Below are positions 38,713-53,289 of a DNA stretch of 64,000 nt, piece by piece. Source of the stretch: Vicugna vicugna. Taxonomy: Eukaryota. The stretch's first letter is position 1. The number at the start of each line of letters is the position of its first letter. The stretch is taken from contig MU058540.1 in the NCBI GenBank assembly GCA_013265495.1, positions 1,079,696-1,143,695 on the forward strand. The letters are read 5' to 3'. Below the pieces are notes generated by a model. That model worked only from the letters and a program-made list of their open reading frames with translations. It had not been told where the DNA came from and did no database searches. The position numbers were made by a program, and so were the translations under genes.

Positions 38713-39889
38713 TAATCTAATGAAGGGCCCAAGGAGGCATATCATCATGTTCATAAGGACAACTAAGGAGGAAAGAAGATTCTGAGAGGACCTCAGAATA
38801 CTGCTCAAGAGGGAACATTTGATCTGGGCCTAGAGGAGAAATTTACTGAGACTAGAAAAGAGAGGTGTTCCAGGCAAGGGCACTGCAATTACAAAGCCAC
38901 AGATGCAGGCAACAGTACATTATCCCAGGGTATGCCGAGAAATTCAACTAGTTTGATACCGTGAAGGGTAAGTGACAAGAAGGAGGAAGTGTGCAACAGA
39001 GAAGGCTGATAAATTAACTGAGACCAGTATAAAAAGTCCGTATAAAAAGCTCATCAAAGAGTTACAACAACTGAAGGCAACTGGGAATTCTCCTTGGTTT
39101 TGGGGGAGGAAAATGGCAATCTCACTTGTGTTTCAGAAGCTTGAATATGGAAGCTGAATGAGTGATGGGGGGGGAGGTGGGGCAGAGAGTTCAGTCAGAG
39201 AATAAGGGAGCAGCATATAATCAGCATCCCTGGAGATGGGAAGCAGCAAATGGGTTCAAGTCATATTTAGGAGACAGCAATGACAGGATCCAGTAACTAG
39301 TCAGAAATGAGGGTGCGGTGAAAGGGATGTAGAAGCTATGGTTTCTAACTGAGGTCAATAGTTGGACAGAGATATCCATTTCTCAAAAGAGAAACACAGG
39401 AGAGGAGCAGGTGGGAAAGGGAAAAATAGTCTGAGATACTATAGGAGAACTTAAGCTTCCTACACTCTCTGTATATTGTGAGAACTTCAAAACCACAATT
39501 TAGAAGTCCATTTGAAAGCATTCACCCAAGAAACAATAGTCTCTGTACAGTACAATCAACGGCTCCAAGGAGGAGGAGGCATTTCACTTTAAAACCTTGT
39601 GTACAGCTTGAATATTTTAGAACAAGCATTGAAGACTTTTATAATTGACCCAAAAGAATGCCAAGCATTATTCCCTAGGAAATTTCTGAAAGCCAAATGG
39701 GGTGAATGAAATATTTAGAATGCTCATGTTTCTTGAGGTCATTAAAACAAATGAGGCCACAGGAACAGCATTCCTGACATCCATAAACTGCATTATTTTC
39801 CCACACACAGTCTTACAGCTATAGGAATACGCTGTAAAAAGGCAGGTATTGTGTCCCCAATATACTAATCATATTTCAATCTAATTTAA

Positions 39890-40045
39890 TAGCTTTATGT
39901 TTTATTTACTATTGTATTATTTAATTGTTTTATTTTGGTGAGGGGAGGTAACTAGGTTTATTTACTTTTGGAGGCACTGGGGATTGAACTGAGGACCTCC
40001 TGCATGCTAAGCATGTGCTCTACCACTTGAGCTATACCCTCCCCC
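39890..40045 (-). mobile_element. tRNA-derived SINE (Vic-1-like) with TSD
   Basis: Reverse complement begins gggggagggtatagctcaagtggtagagcacatgcttagcatgcagg. TSD ttcaatctaatttaa lies at 39875-39889 and 40046-40060. Confidence 0.92.
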
Positions 40046-40319
40046 TTCAATCTAATTTAAGATGTTAAAATTTAAATCAAGTTGTATGCTGTCTACTTTA
40101 TAGAGGACGGTCAGGAGACAGGTTACAAGTCTGCCTCTTACAGCCAATCTGCCACACAACTGCAAAAAATTAAAAAAAATATATATGTATACAATTCAGC
40201 TTTCTGTTTTTAAATGAGGTGGTCCAAATAATCTCTAAAACCCTTCCACCATTAACAATCCATTGTTCTAAAATTACACAAGTTTATGTGTCAAGAATTG
40301 TAGTTCCTAATTCTATTTT

Positions 40320-42900
40320 TTTAGAATCTATTTTTTCAATAGTACACACTGCACATGTTGAAAAGGTACAAAAGAATATGCAATGAGAAACCTTGTCTCC
40401 TACCTCCATTTCCAGAGGCACTTCTTATGAAGATGTCTTGAATATTTTTTTCTTTCATCTTTGTTAACACAAATAGTAACCCACCATACACATTGTTGTA
40501 TCTCACGTTTTCACTTAAATCATGGAGATCATTTCATCACTACATACCAAAGAACTTCCTTTTTTTTTTTTTAATGATCATGTGGTATTTTCTAAAACTT
40601 CTTTTAGAAAATTCCAAACATACACAAAGTAGAGAGAAAATATAATGAATCTCCAAGTATTCATTACTCAGCTTAAATAATTATTAATGTTTCACCGTGT
40701 TTTACCTATTCCCTACTCCCAGGATATTTTACAGCAAATCCCAGATATCAATATATTTTACCACTAAATACTTTCAATTATATACCACTAACAGATAAGG
40801 GCTTAAAAAAAATGTCATTATTATACCTAAAAAAATTAACAATTTCCTATAACCATCTATTAAATAGGCCATATTCAAATTGCTCCGATTGTTTTGAAAA
40901 TGTTATTTTATAATTGGTTTATTTAAATGAAGAACCAAACTAGGTCCATACATTGCATTTGGTTGATATGACAAGTCTTAGTCTAAAACAGTTCCCTGAC
41001 CTGGCTCTTTGTTTTCAAGTCATTTATTTGTTGAAGAAAACAGATCATTTATCCTGTAGTATTTCTCAATTCTTGCATTTGCTAATGCTGTCCCTTGTGG
41101 TAACGGTCAACTTGCTCCTCTAGCAGACCCCATATTTCCTGTACCCAGGTCATTAGATCTTGAAGCTTGATCAGTCTGGGATTTGGTGTTTTGGCAAGAA
41201 AACTTCACTGATGGTGCTACATGCCTCCTATCACACTGCACTGTGAGTTACATAAGATCTGACAACATTTTTGGTGATGAGAAGATAAAATTGTGGTTTT
41301 AAATATTGTCACATGATATCCATTACAGAACTCACCATCAGCCTTTCATTTAATGGTTTTAGTATCTATTAATGACAGCCATCTATATCCATGATCTCAT
41401 TAGGGAACGTAAGTGGTCATTTACTGATTCTATTGTCCCTTCTATAATTATTAATTAGCTGGAATTCTATAAAGAAGCAATCTCCTTCCTTGACTGTTTG
41501 AGTAGAGGTAAATATAGGAAAGGCAAAGTAAATGCTTGATTTTTTTCCTCCTTATTTACTAATTTCAGAATAATGAGATAGTGCCTAAGCAACCCCCAAA
41601 CACCTTGTTATTGCTGCATCATTGACTAGATTTTTATATTTCAGTGTTTCAATCAAATGCAGTCATTTATCTTTTGATGCTCCCATCTTTAACCAGCCAG
41701 AACAGCTTCAGGGTGGCTCCTGTCCCCTTTTTCTCCAGCACTTCATTATAAAAACTGACAAGCATACAGATAAGTTGAAAGAACTGTATAGTAACCACCC
41801 ATATGCCTACCATATAGATACTACCAGTAATGTTTCACAAATCTTGTTTAACTCATGTCTTTCAGACATAAATCTTTAATCTTGGATAGTTTTCTTGCTG
41901 TTTGTTATTGTACAATATCTCAAGCTCATCTTAAGTACTTCTGGCTCCAGATGTAAATTCAACTGTTTCTCTAAGGAGCCCCTGTTCCTTTCAGTGGGAA
42001 ATGACATTTAAAGACTTCAATTTAGGTACTGGATGCTATTATGTTCTCATTGCTTCTAAGCCTTTTCAATGACAGACAAGAAATATGTACTATTAGAAAG
42101 AAAATAAAAGAATAATACTTGAAAAGAAAAATAAATCATATGTCACACTGGTATTTCCATTTCAGATTTAAAGGTACTAAGCTTTTTAACTTCTTGGATT
42201 TAATGCTTAAATTCTTTAATGTTGAATCTAACAATAACATAATTATCTATTTGAGTTGTCCTATAATTTAAAAGTTTCAAACTAACAATACTATTAACCA
42301 TAAAACAAAGTACAGTTTAAGATTTCTTTGTAGTTCTTAGCGTATGGATAGATCCCACTAGAGATGTTCAATCAAAATACTGTTTTAAAGTCACATGAAA
42401 GATTTATTTTCTGTATGATTATGCCACAAGCTTGGTATACGGTTAGATTCATTTGTTTCTGTTGTTTTCCATTTTTAGGAAATGCGCTTTGTTGTAACCG
42501 AAGTGTAATTCATGCACACTGGAATGTATAGACCATCAAGGCACAGTCTCATGAGTCTGACTTATGCATGCACTTGAACCCACACCCCTATAAAGATACA
42601 CATCTCTATCTCCCCAGAAAATTCCCTACACTTCTTTCCTGTCAATGTCCCTGACCCAGAGGCAAACACTATTGTGATTTATACCACCACAGACAAATTA
42701 GTTTTGTCTGTTCCGAATCTTCATGTAAATGAAATCATACAGTAACTACTGGAGATTTTTATTATACAGATGTACCATAATTTATTTAACCAGACCTCTT
42801 GATGGACATTTTGGGCATTTCCAGTTTCTGCTATTAAAACAATGCTATGATAAATAGCCCTATACATGAACAATTTCCCACATGTGAATATACTGGTAGA
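40320..42900 (-). mobile_element. Cluster of nested old L1 (L1MC/ME-like) 3' UTR fragments
   Basis: Antisense L1 3' UTR motifs: aaattccaaacatacacaaaagtagagagaaaatataatgaa, tctctaaggagcccctgttcctttcagtggg, gatggacattttgggcatttccagttt. Confidence 0.7.
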
Positions 42901-44135
42901 ATTCATATATTCACTCATTCACTCACTCACTTGTTCAACCAATATTCACTGAATATCCACTCCATGCGAATCACTGTTCTAGGCACTCTGGCTAGACAAA
43001 AAGCAAAGACCCTGCTCTTACGGAACATACAATCTAATGGGAGAAGACAAAAAAAAATAATAATGTCAGACGGTATGTAGTAACAAGATAAACAAGGTCA
43101 AATAGGGAAGAAGAAATTAACAGAGTACTCTTTTAGATAGGGAGGTGAGGGAAGGTCTTGAGCACAAATCTGACTGAAGTGAGGAAACAAGCCTTTGGCT
43201 CTCCAGGGAAAGGGCATCTCAGGCAAAGGTCCTGCCCTGAGGCAATGAAGTACTTGGGGTCAAAGTAAGAAAGCCAGAGTGGCTAGAGAAGAATTAGCAA
43301 ATGAGCTGGTGGAAGGGGGAGGTCTCAGAGGGCTTCACAGAACAAATTAAGAAGGTAAGGTGTTGGGATCTTATCCCAAGTAAAGAAGAACACCCCTTCT
43401 GAGGGGTTCTAAGCACATATTTTAACAGAATCACTGATGTGCAGTGTAGAAAACAGACTGCAAGATGGAACAAGGATGGGATAAGGAGACTAGTTAGGAG
43501 GATTTACATAATAGTCCAAGGAAAGAAGTGATGATCGTTTAGACTAAATAGGTAGCAGTGGGTAGTGAGAGAAGTGATAAGGTTCTGACTCTTCTTTCAA
43601 TGGGAGAGTCAATAGAATTCCTGATGTGGGGGCTGTGAGCAAAAGAAGGAAGTCAAAGATAACTCCAGTTCTTTGGCCTGAAGAAATGGACAAAATGGGA
43701 AGACAACGGGAGGAGCAGATTGGAGGGTAATACCAAAAGTTCAGTTTTGCATGTGTTAAGTCTGAGGTGCCTATCCAACTCACAAACAGAGTTGCTGAGA
43801 AGGCAGCTGGAGATGAGTCTGCGGTTCAGCAAAGAGGTCAGAGGTGGAAATCGACATGTGGCAGTACGTGGAATTTGGGGCTGGATGAGATCACTTAGAG
43901 AAGTCTGGAGTGCTCATGGCCTGAGTCTGGGGCTCTTTAATGTTTTAAAGGATCGAACAAAGGAGTCAGAGAAGAAACAGTAAGGGAAAAAGAAAACCAA
44001 GTGTGGGGCATGCAAGAAGCCAAGCAAAATGTTTGAAAGGGGAGGGAATGATCAATTGGATTAAATGCTACTAAGAGGTCATTTAAGATGAGGACTGAGA
44101 ATTGACCACTGGATTTGGCAACACAGAGGTCATTT
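42901..44135 (-). mobile_element. L2a-like element (~1.2 kb of 3' region)
   Basis: Begins attcactcattcactcactcacttgttcaaccaatatt (antisense L2 tail). Also aggaagtcaaagataactcc and aagatgaggactgagaattgaccactggatttggcaaca. Confidence 0.85.
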
Positions 44136-44139
44136 GTAT

Positions 44140-46450
44140 CATGGTAAAGGTAATTTCTTCATAAAACCTAAGACAAGAACTGCTGTATCAAAGATAAACA
44201 CATTTGTAATTTTAATAAATACTGGCAGTTTGCCTTCCATAGAGGTTGTACCAGCTTATATGTCTGCCAGTACCATGAGACTGACTGTTCCCACACATTT
44301 CTGCCAACACACGGTATTATTCAATTTTTTTTAAAACTGGCCAATTTGACAAGTGAAATATAGCATATCCTTTTGGTTCATATATTTAGGAGTTACTTGT
44401 GTTTCCTTTTCACATCCTTTGCTCATTTTTCTATTGAGTGGTCTTTTTCTTACTAATTTGGAGAAGCTCTTTATATATTAAATAAATTAGCCTGTTGAGT
44501 GTTGATTTGACTTTATAGTGATTTTGCCATGTACATGTACATGATCAACTGTATGATCTTTTCTATTTTGCCAATCTGATGAGTGTCCCCCCTCCAGCTT
44601 TAATGAGGAAATATTTCATATTTATTTATTTAACTTATTGACAAACAAAACTATAAATTTAAGGTGTACAACATGATGGTCTGATATACAGTCATCCTTT
44701 GATATCCAAGCGGGACTGGTTCCAGGACCAGTTGGTTCCAACTTTAGTAGTTCTTGTCTTTCAAGAAATTTGCCCATTTCATTTAAAATATTGATTTGAT
44801 TACCTTAAAATTATTCATAATATTCCCTTATTACCCTTTTAATATTCACAGAATCTATACTGATTCTTTCTGTGGAATACTGTACTTTCATTCCTGATAT
44901 GGCTGATTTCATGACTGAGTCAGGAAACATAAAAGTTAAGTCTGAAACATCTTGCTATACCATATGTTAAGGAAGCTATTACAAAACCTCTAGGGTTATA
45001 TCAGAAGGACTCAGGAGTCAACTTGAAGAGGCTCCTACTGGTCAAAAATAGATCAATAAGAATAACTGCAATGGATTAAAACATCAGGTATGAAACACCA
45101 AATAAATGGTATTTCCCCTCAATTTACCATTATTCCCCAAACTAATTAGTTGGTTCACTGGATTCCTTCAGTTTTGTTTTGTTTTAAATTATCAATATGT
45201 ATCTATGGGTTGAAACATACTTGATGTACATTAACTTAATTTGATGAATAATGGTAAACTGAGGGGAAGTATCAGCCATTTATCTTATCTTTCCTTTATG
45301 AATTTCAGGGTATAATTATGACATTGTATTTTCTTTTTAAAGAGTGTTCTCTTTTAGAAATACTTGCTGAATATTTATAAATGAGATTATAATGTCTAAG
45401 ATTTAATCTAAGCTAATACAGGAGGGGGAGGAATGTATAGGGATATACATGAAAACAAAATCAGTCATGAGTCGGTAACAGCTGAAGCTGAGAAGCTGAG
45501 TGAGGAGTATATGGGGGCTCATTATACTATCCAGTCTACTTTTGTACAGATTTCAAATTTTCCATAATAAAAAGGCTTTTAAAAAAATGTCTTGGCTACT
45601 ATTAGCCCTTTGTGCTTCCATATATATTTTGGAATGACTATTTTAAAAATGCTGAGATTTTGATTAGTAATACAAAAACTAAAAGATTAATTTGGGGAGA
45701 ACTGTAATGTCTTCTATTCCATTAACAAGGTGTAGCTTTCCACTTACAAAAGTCCTTCAAATCTTTCCTTTTATGATTTGAATTAGATAGCACACTTAGA
45801 AGTTCCTAACCCATCCAACACTGCAATGAAACTATCTCATGCTTTCTTGTAGCAATTTATGGTTCTCTTTTAATTGTTCATGTTTCCTATCTACAATGGA
45901 AATTATCCTGATATAAACAGCAGTAAATAATCCAACTTAATTTTTTCTAGATAATCCACCAGTTGTTCATATATGCATTCTGTTCTATTGATTCATTTGT
46001 CTACTCATGATGCAATATACTAGCATTCTATTTTAACTATCATAGCTTTGCAATGGTCTAACTGGACTAGACATCACCACTCCCACCCTTCATTCTTCTT
46101 TTTCAGAATTTTATTGGCTATTCCTCTGTCTGCTTATCTATTTGAACTTTAGAAATTACTTGAGTGGTTTAAAGAAAATTACTTATAATTTCTACAAATA
46201 TTGAGTTAAATTTATAGATTAACTTAACAAGAATTGACAAGATATTGTCAATTGTTCAAGATATAGAACCTTCCTACTTAATACGGTATGTTTTTCCATT
46301 TGTTCAAGCCCTCTCAGTAATATCTGAAAACTTTCCTTTGCACAGATCTTACCCATTTCTTAAGCTTATTCTTTACGTTATTGTTACAATGGGCTCCTAC
46401 CTCTATTCTATTGCTTATAATTTAAAAGAAGTCATGCTAAATTTCTACAG
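44140..46450 (-). mobile_element. Fragmented old L1 with nested pieces (MER2/Tigger-like end near 44689-44730; plus-strand L1MC-like 3' end near 44915-45585)
   Basis: Antisense ORF2-like motifs (agctctttatatatt, cttggctactattagcccttt, gattaatttggggagaact). tacagtcatcctttgatatcc...tggttccaggacc resembles MER2. Confidence 0.6.
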
Positions 46451-47452
46451 GCTACTCTTAATATCAGTTCCACACATAAGCATAATCACATGATTGAGGG
46501 AAAATTATTTTTAAAACTAATAAAGAAATTTTTATTTTACACCAATGTATTGTAAACCATGTTGGTTTACTTTATGGCTATAGTTTGCCACGCTATACTA
46601 TACCGCCCAGATATGACACAAACAGATGTACAGGAAAGGTAAGTCTTATGGTGGGGCCAGAAGTGCAATAAGTGAGGGCAGGCAGGTCACAACCAACTGT
46701 TCTTTTCCAATTCTGACCATGTCTGTGTGAATTCCAGCTTACCATTCTTACCAAAATGAGAATTGAAAAAGGGCCAGATGTACATGGTATACTATGAACA
46801 AAACGAATACTGAACTACACAGGAGAAAATTACGATGGGAAGATAATTTTCATAGGAAAAATACTTTAACGTAATTTCAAGTACTATATTTCACAAATTT
46901 TTGTGTTCCTAACTGAATTAAATTTAACTGTCAAACTATTATTTTACTACAAATTACACTTCATTTACTCTATGTAGGAAGCTGGGAAGTGTATCACCAG
47001 AAATCACAGAAGAAAACTAGGTAGCAACTGCATTAAGATTGAGAATTCACAGCTAACAGTTCTTCACTTGAAGATACGCCAATGCTGTATGACTCAATAA
47101 AAAGAAGTAAATGTGGAGAGACAGGGTTCATTATAGACAAGATGTTTTAATTATTCTAACTCCATAGAAAATCAGTATAAGTGAATGCTATACAATCAAA
47201 CATCTATTATAAAAGTCATAAGAAACTGATGACACAGGTTGTCTACAGGAAAAGAAACTAAGTAACTAGAGGGTCAAGTATGAAAGGGAGAATTTTTACG
47301 GCATCTCACGTGGGCCTTTTGAATTTTGAACCATGTAAATGTACTGCCGATTCAAAAGTAAGTTTAATTTAAGGGCCCATTAAACATTACAAAATGACCA
47401 AATGAAGAACAATTCTGAATTTTCTACAAACCACATTTAAAGACATTGTCAT

Positions 47453-47717
47453 GGGAGAGGGTATAGCTCAAGTGGTAGAGTGCGTGCTTAGCATGCATAA
47501 GGTCTTGGGTTCAATCCCCAGTACCTCCTCTAAAAATAAATTTAATTACCTCCCTCCCACAAAAATAAATGAATAAATAAAGACATTGTCATGGGAGAGG
47601 GTATAGCTCAAGTGGTAGAGTGCGTGCTTAGCATGCATAAGGTCTTGGGTTCAATCCCCAGTACCTCCTCTAAAAATAAATTTAATTACCTCCCTCCCAC
47701 AAAAATAAATGAATAAA
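47453..47717 (+). mobile_element. Two identical Vic-1-like SINEs in tandem (140-bp period)
   Basis: Copies at 47453-47577 and 47593-47717. taaagacattgtcat occurs at 47438-47452, 47578-47592 and 47718-47732. Confidence 0.95.
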
Positions 47718-48339
47718 TAAAGACATTGTCATTATACCACTTAGATTCCCCACATAGGAGGAACCTGCTCTGTAAATGCACCTTAAAATGTAATGCCAGG
47801 AAAAGTCTATTTCTATGTTAACTTACACGTGTGCTTTTACCAGTCAGTAAAAAGCCATTACTCCTATCCCCTTTTCCTCTTTCTTTTTTGCTAACCCATA
47901 AGAGAGCTAGATTTAGTGGAATATTGCCCATTCTTGGAACATACCTTCTGTACATCTTTCCTAAATTTTAGCTGATCTGTTTCATTTATTTTTAATGCCA
48001 GGTCTCATAAATGTTTTTCTTACAGTAAAGAAACTCAAAATTATATTAGCCTTAACATTCCTTTTTTTCAACTATCAAGAGGCTAAAACAAAAATTACCC
48101 TCCTATAGGAAAGCATCATTCCTGACCAATTAACTTGTAGTGCCTCTAAAACTTTAACAATTAGATCCTAAATTTGTCTCTCAATTGTACGTCAAAACAT
48201 TTGGAGAATGAAATGGCCTCACAACACCCACCTAACGAAGTATGTAGAAAACAAAGCCTATTTATTCATGAATTTATAATGAATTATAAGTTGCTATTTA
48301 AAACAAACCACTGTAAAAGGAAAACTTTATAAAGAGAAT

Positions 48340-48965
48340 ACTTTTAAAAACTTGAGATGAAATACACATAACATAAAATTAACCATTTTAAAGTGAACAA
48401 TTAGGTAAAAGAACAATTAGTACTTAGTATTCACAATGTTGTGAAACCACTGCCTCCAGCTCTAAAACACCCTTATCACCACAAAATAAAACCTCATACC
48501 CATTAAGCAGTTACTCCTCACCCCAGAAGTCAGACCTCTAGCCCCTGGTAACCAACAATCTGCTTTCTGTAACTATGAATTTACCTATTTTGCATATTTC
48601 ATATAAATGGAATCATACAATATGTGACAAAAAGGTTGGTTTCATTCATTTTAGCACGTTTCTGAGTTCATCCACATTGTAGCATGTAATAGTACTTTCA
48701 TTCATTTTTATGGCTAATAATAATCCATTGTATGCATACACTGCAATTGTTTTATCTATTCATTAATTGATGGACATTTGGTTGTAAGTGGAACTACAAG
48801 GTCAAACAAAATTCTATGTTTAACTTTCAGGAACCACCAAACTGTTTCCACAGCAACTGAACCATTTCACATTCCCACCAGTAACACACAGGTATCCTAT
48901 TTCTCCACATCCTCACTAATACTTGTTATTTTCCATTTTTTAAAATAATGGCTGTAAAGTGGTAA
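48340..48965 (-). mobile_element. L1MB-type 3' end
   Basis: cacataacataaaattaaccattttaaagtgaacaatt...catataaatggaatcatacaatatgtg...ccatttcacattcccaccag. Confidence 0.85.
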
Positions 48966-49104
48966 AAACTATTTTAAGAATGTCCTAATGATTACCTAAC
49001 TTCTGAAAGAAGACAGAATGCCTGATCAGTAGCAATAGGAAAAAAATAAATTCTTAGTTTATTTAAGCAACTTCATTTCCATTATTTAAGTTATTTATAG
49101 TTGC

Positions 49105-49605
49105 ATTATCAAAGTCATAAAAAGACACAGAGAAACCTTAGATGTATAGTACTAAATGAAAGAATTCAATCGGAAAAGGCTACATATTTTAATAATTCCA
49201 ACTATATGACATTCTGGAAAAGGCAAAACTATGGAGACAGTAAAAGATCACTGGTTGCCAGGGGTTATGGGGAGAGAGGGATGAATAGGCAGCGCACAAA
49301 GGATTTTGAGGGCAGTGAAACTACTCTGTATGATACTCTAATGATGGATACATGTCCTTATACATTTATCAAAATCCAAAGAATGCATAACACCAAGAGT
49401 GAACCCTAATCTAAACTATGGAGTGTGGGTAATAATGATGTGTCAATGTAGGATCAGTGACACATGTACCACTCTGGTGGGGGATAGTGACAGTGGGGAA
49501 GGCTGTAAGTATGCAGAGGCAGAGGGTACACAGATAGTCTATACTTCTCACTCAATTTTGCTGTGACCCTAAAACTGCTCTAAAAAATGAATTCTATTAA
49601 AAAAC
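49105..49605 (+). mobile_element. L1MC1-like 3' end
   Basis: attccaactatatgacattctggaaaaggcaaaactatggagacagtaaaagatcactggttgccagggg...caattttgctgtgaccctaaaactgctctaaaaaa. Confidence 0.88.
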
Positions 49606-51877
49606 ATTAAAATGTGTTTTAAGATACTGCATATATTTTAAAATGCTATTGCTGGATTGCTTTAAAGGACCAATGAAGGCTCAACTAAATGCATAAAATT
49701 ATTAGTAACAGTTGTAACTAATATTTCTAGAGCAATTTAGAATGTCCCAAGTGCTATGCATGTAAATACAATCTAACTTAATTCTCACAATAACATCTAG
49801 GAATTAGATGATGTTAGTAGACGTATTTCTATTTCACACTTGAAGAAACTAGTTTAAAAAGGGTACTCAGACCTGAACTACAGACCCGACTCTAAAACAA
49901 CGTTCCTTCCACCAAACCCCTGACTCCATCTGACTGCTGTAGCAGTATGCACCATTAGCTAACACTGAGTCTTGGGAGTCTGCATCTGAATAAAGAGCAC
50001 ATTACAATTGTTGCAGCTTCAGTTCTATAGCAAGAGGTTTAAATCTGTAAAACATACTCAGTTAACAATTAATCATAACACTCAAACCAGCAAGAGTATC
50101 ACTTTTCTCCCCATTCTACTGGGTAACCAAAAGCCAACAGATGTTTATGACTGGTTTATGAACAGTGAGGCTGCATTACACACTAGCAGTCATGCCAAGG
50201 TTCACTGGGTTCTAAGCCAGCAGAGCCTTGGAGTCCTCTAGATCCACACACTCACTCTCAGAAGGATAAGGGGTTACTTGGGTCCCTTTGCAGGTTAACA
50301 AGTACTGGCATCTAGTCACTCCACTAAAGGAAGGCAGCTATGCAAACTATATGAGCAAAAGAGGCAAATAACCAAAGAGAAATAAAAACACAAAGGGCAA
50401 ACAGACTTAACTCGTCAACCACCTACAACACTGATAAATAACTGAATTTTTATCCTAGCCCATTTAAAAAGAGGGAGGGAAGTAGGCTTGTCCTTTAAGG
50501 GTAAGCAGCAAACTCAGCAGTCATGGGAGATTAGGGAGCCTTGGCAGTGGGAAAAAGAAGGCCCAAAATAGATGTATTAATAAACACAGCTAGGTGAGAG
50601 TTCTGATCAGCACATATTTTTAGTAATAGCACATTTATAATTTTCACATGTCCAGTTCAAAATCAGTGTAGCTATCAGTCTCTCAAAATGTCAGAAAAAT
50701 GATTCCTACCCTCAATCATCCTCACAAAGGAAATAATCACGCAGCCAAAGCTCAGAACTGATTCTACTGTTGCCCTGTAAACTCGCAAACCGGCCTTGAC
50801 AGAGTTGTCACTCCCACCATTTACCTTCACTCACCCTGCACTCCTGTCTCCAGTCAAAACGAACTTCCTTTATGCTCCATGTTTGATTTGTGGGTGGGTG
50901 TGATTGTGTGGCAGCCTCAGGAAAGCAGCAAGGAAAGGAAGAAGAGAAATGTGGTAGAGACTCCTGGTTGTCTCCCAATATCTGTTTCCAGCTTCATCCC
51001 TGGGAAGCTAAACAAGGAAGCCATTTTTTGCTAACTAACCAGACCGAGTCAAGTTCTAAAGACTAAACTTGACCACACCTAGTTTCAGGTCACAAATTTC
51101 TCTGCTGGTATATTGCTGTCAAATTATTGTATTACAAAGCTGTTTTTATCTACCTCTATTGGACACTAAGTATCAAGAAACATATTTTAGATGATTGTAA
51201 AAAGTCAGAAAACAAGAATGGCATAAGAAATTGTAATAGTTCTAAGTTGTCCTAATTATCAATCATTGCAAATATAACTGAATTTAAATGAACTAAGGTT
51301 TTGTTCTCATCTAGAAGCTCAGCCTTTTTGTTCTCTAGCACTGAAAAAACTCCTGTTATCATTTTCAATATTTCCAATAGCAGTTCAACCTGCTGTTTCC
51401 CTTCTATAGAAGCTTTTTTAAAAATAAGTACTTATATCTTAAAATATTTGTATTTTTACTAATAACAATTTCTAAATTGCTGACAGTATCTAAATCTAAA
51501 CAACAGGTAATCAATATGAAAATCCTACCCATTCTTTGAGATCTTACCCATCAACACAAATGATTACTGTATCACAACCTATAACAGACCATTAGCTGAA
51601 TACAGGATAGAGAAGGAACACTAGTATAGAACTATAAGTTTACAAGGAACATAAATTCACATCTACAAATTTCTTTCAAAATTATTTCTACCAGATCTGC
51701 AAGTTGCATTCAACTTGTCAAAATCACTGTATACAACATGAATATGTCCCCATACTTCAAAAGCTAACAGCAAATGAAAAAATATAGTATCTTTTGACTT
51801 TTTTGTGTGGGAATTAAAGGTTACTCATACCTTCAATGTTACTTAAAGATACTTGCAAAAAGGATTCTGAAGTCTCT

Positions 51878-52018
51878 TTTAGAAATAAAATTTAGAAGTA
51901 AATTTAGAAATAAAGTTTAAAAAATAAAATTATTTTAAAAATAAGTTATTCTGAAATAATGAAATAAGGTATTCTAAATAACGCATAAGATATTCTAAGT
52001 AATGAAATAAGGTAGTTC
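51878..52018. repeat. Degenerate AT-rich minisatellite
   Basis: (aaatttagaaat)-like units grade into ~20-bp tattctaaataatgaaataagg-like units. Confidence 0.7.
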
Positions 52019-52249
52019 CTTTTAAATTTAAAGGTAGAAATTCCAAATATATCACACAAGCAACTTTGGTCATTTTGTAAATCATAATGCACAGTTACAT
52101 TTCAATGTGCATTTTAATATGCATCAGGTATAAAACAATTTATTTGCTGACAAATTATACTTCTCTTACATGATTATTTTAAACTAAACTAAACAATGTG
52201 AATTACATGGTAAATGACAGAAAGGTAGAAACAGATTGTATTTTGACAT

Positions 52250-52500
52250 TCATACATTCATTCAAAAACTATTTCTTGGGAATATATATGCATCAGTCTC
52301 TTAACTAGGCACTGGGCTACAGTGGTGAATGAGACAGAGAAGACAGCTGCTCTCATGGACTCAATGTTAAGGGAGGGAGACATGTAAAGGGTATGGTAAT
52401 ATGAGAGTGGTAAGTGCTAGAAGAAAATGAAAGAGTATGATGTGACAATGTGCAGCCTGGGGAGCTACATTAAAGACAGTCAGGGAAGACTCCTCTGAGA
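52250..52500 (-). mobile_element. L2 3' end fragment
   Basis: cattcattcaaaaactatt...ctaggcactgggctacagtggtgaatgagacaga...gtcagggaagactcctctgag. Confidence 0.75.
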
Positions 52501-53289
52501 AAAACCATTATGTTTATCTAAAGTGATTAATCTTTTACTTAAAATCATTTATTTTTCACATGCCACCCCAGAATGGTGACAAAATTTCTTTTTAATGTAT
52601 ACAGAAGATTACAGCTAGCCATGAGCTGAGCAGGTGCCAGAGGGTCTTCTCAGGAACTGGAAGCACTATTAAGCAGCTAGCTGGTAGACTCCAAGGACAG
52701 GAGACTAATCCTAACTTCTTCCTAGAGTGACTAACACACGCCTGTGCTAAGATACATAATACTTATAATCTTGTAGACAAATCCAAGATTTCCTAGAGGC
52801 AGTTTATTATAAGTCTATTACCTGAAAGATTAAAAGGAAAAGAAACGATTGAGTAAGTCTCTGAAACAATTATTTAGAAAGTGCTACATTTTCTTCTGGT
52901 TTATTTTAAATAATTGGTGACTCCTCAGAGAACATGGCAAATATTACTCAAAAGTCAAAAGAGATCATTCATGAAATATTTCTGACAACTTGCACCTGTC
53001 CATTAGGATAAAATTTCCTTCGCTGCCTTCTTGGCACCATTCTACATTATATCTCCAGGATGTTCTTTGAACCCAACATGACCATATCCTTTGCTCCAGA
53101 GAAGGGCTAGGAAAGCCCAGTCCAAATTCAGCTTAATTCTCTGGCCTCAGTGTGAGAAACCATGCTGTCATGTAGTCCAGAGAAAGGCACAGAAGTGGAA
53201 GTTTGAGGAACTGATACAATGGTGAAACTGGTTGCCTTCTTTCTTCCTGTTGCTTGGTCTTCACACTGTGGCACCACCAACCATCCTTC

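Noticed and set aside
47453..47530. tRNA-like sequences with A and B boxes (also at 17680, 39975, 56030 and 62870)
   Set aside because: They are followed by SINE bodies and A-rich tails, and most have TSDs, so they are SINE heads rather than tRNA genes.
47438..47732. CRISPR-like repeat-spacer pattern (also 32496-32782)
   Set aside because: The context is eukaryotic, the repeats are 14-15-bp target-site duplications, the 'spacers' are SINE or U6 copies, and there are no cas genes.
50769..50782. RFX X-box-like gttgccctgtaaac; partial CTCF-like motifs near 3580 and 4602
   Set aside because: These are single imperfect matches expected by chance in 64 kb, with no supporting evidence.
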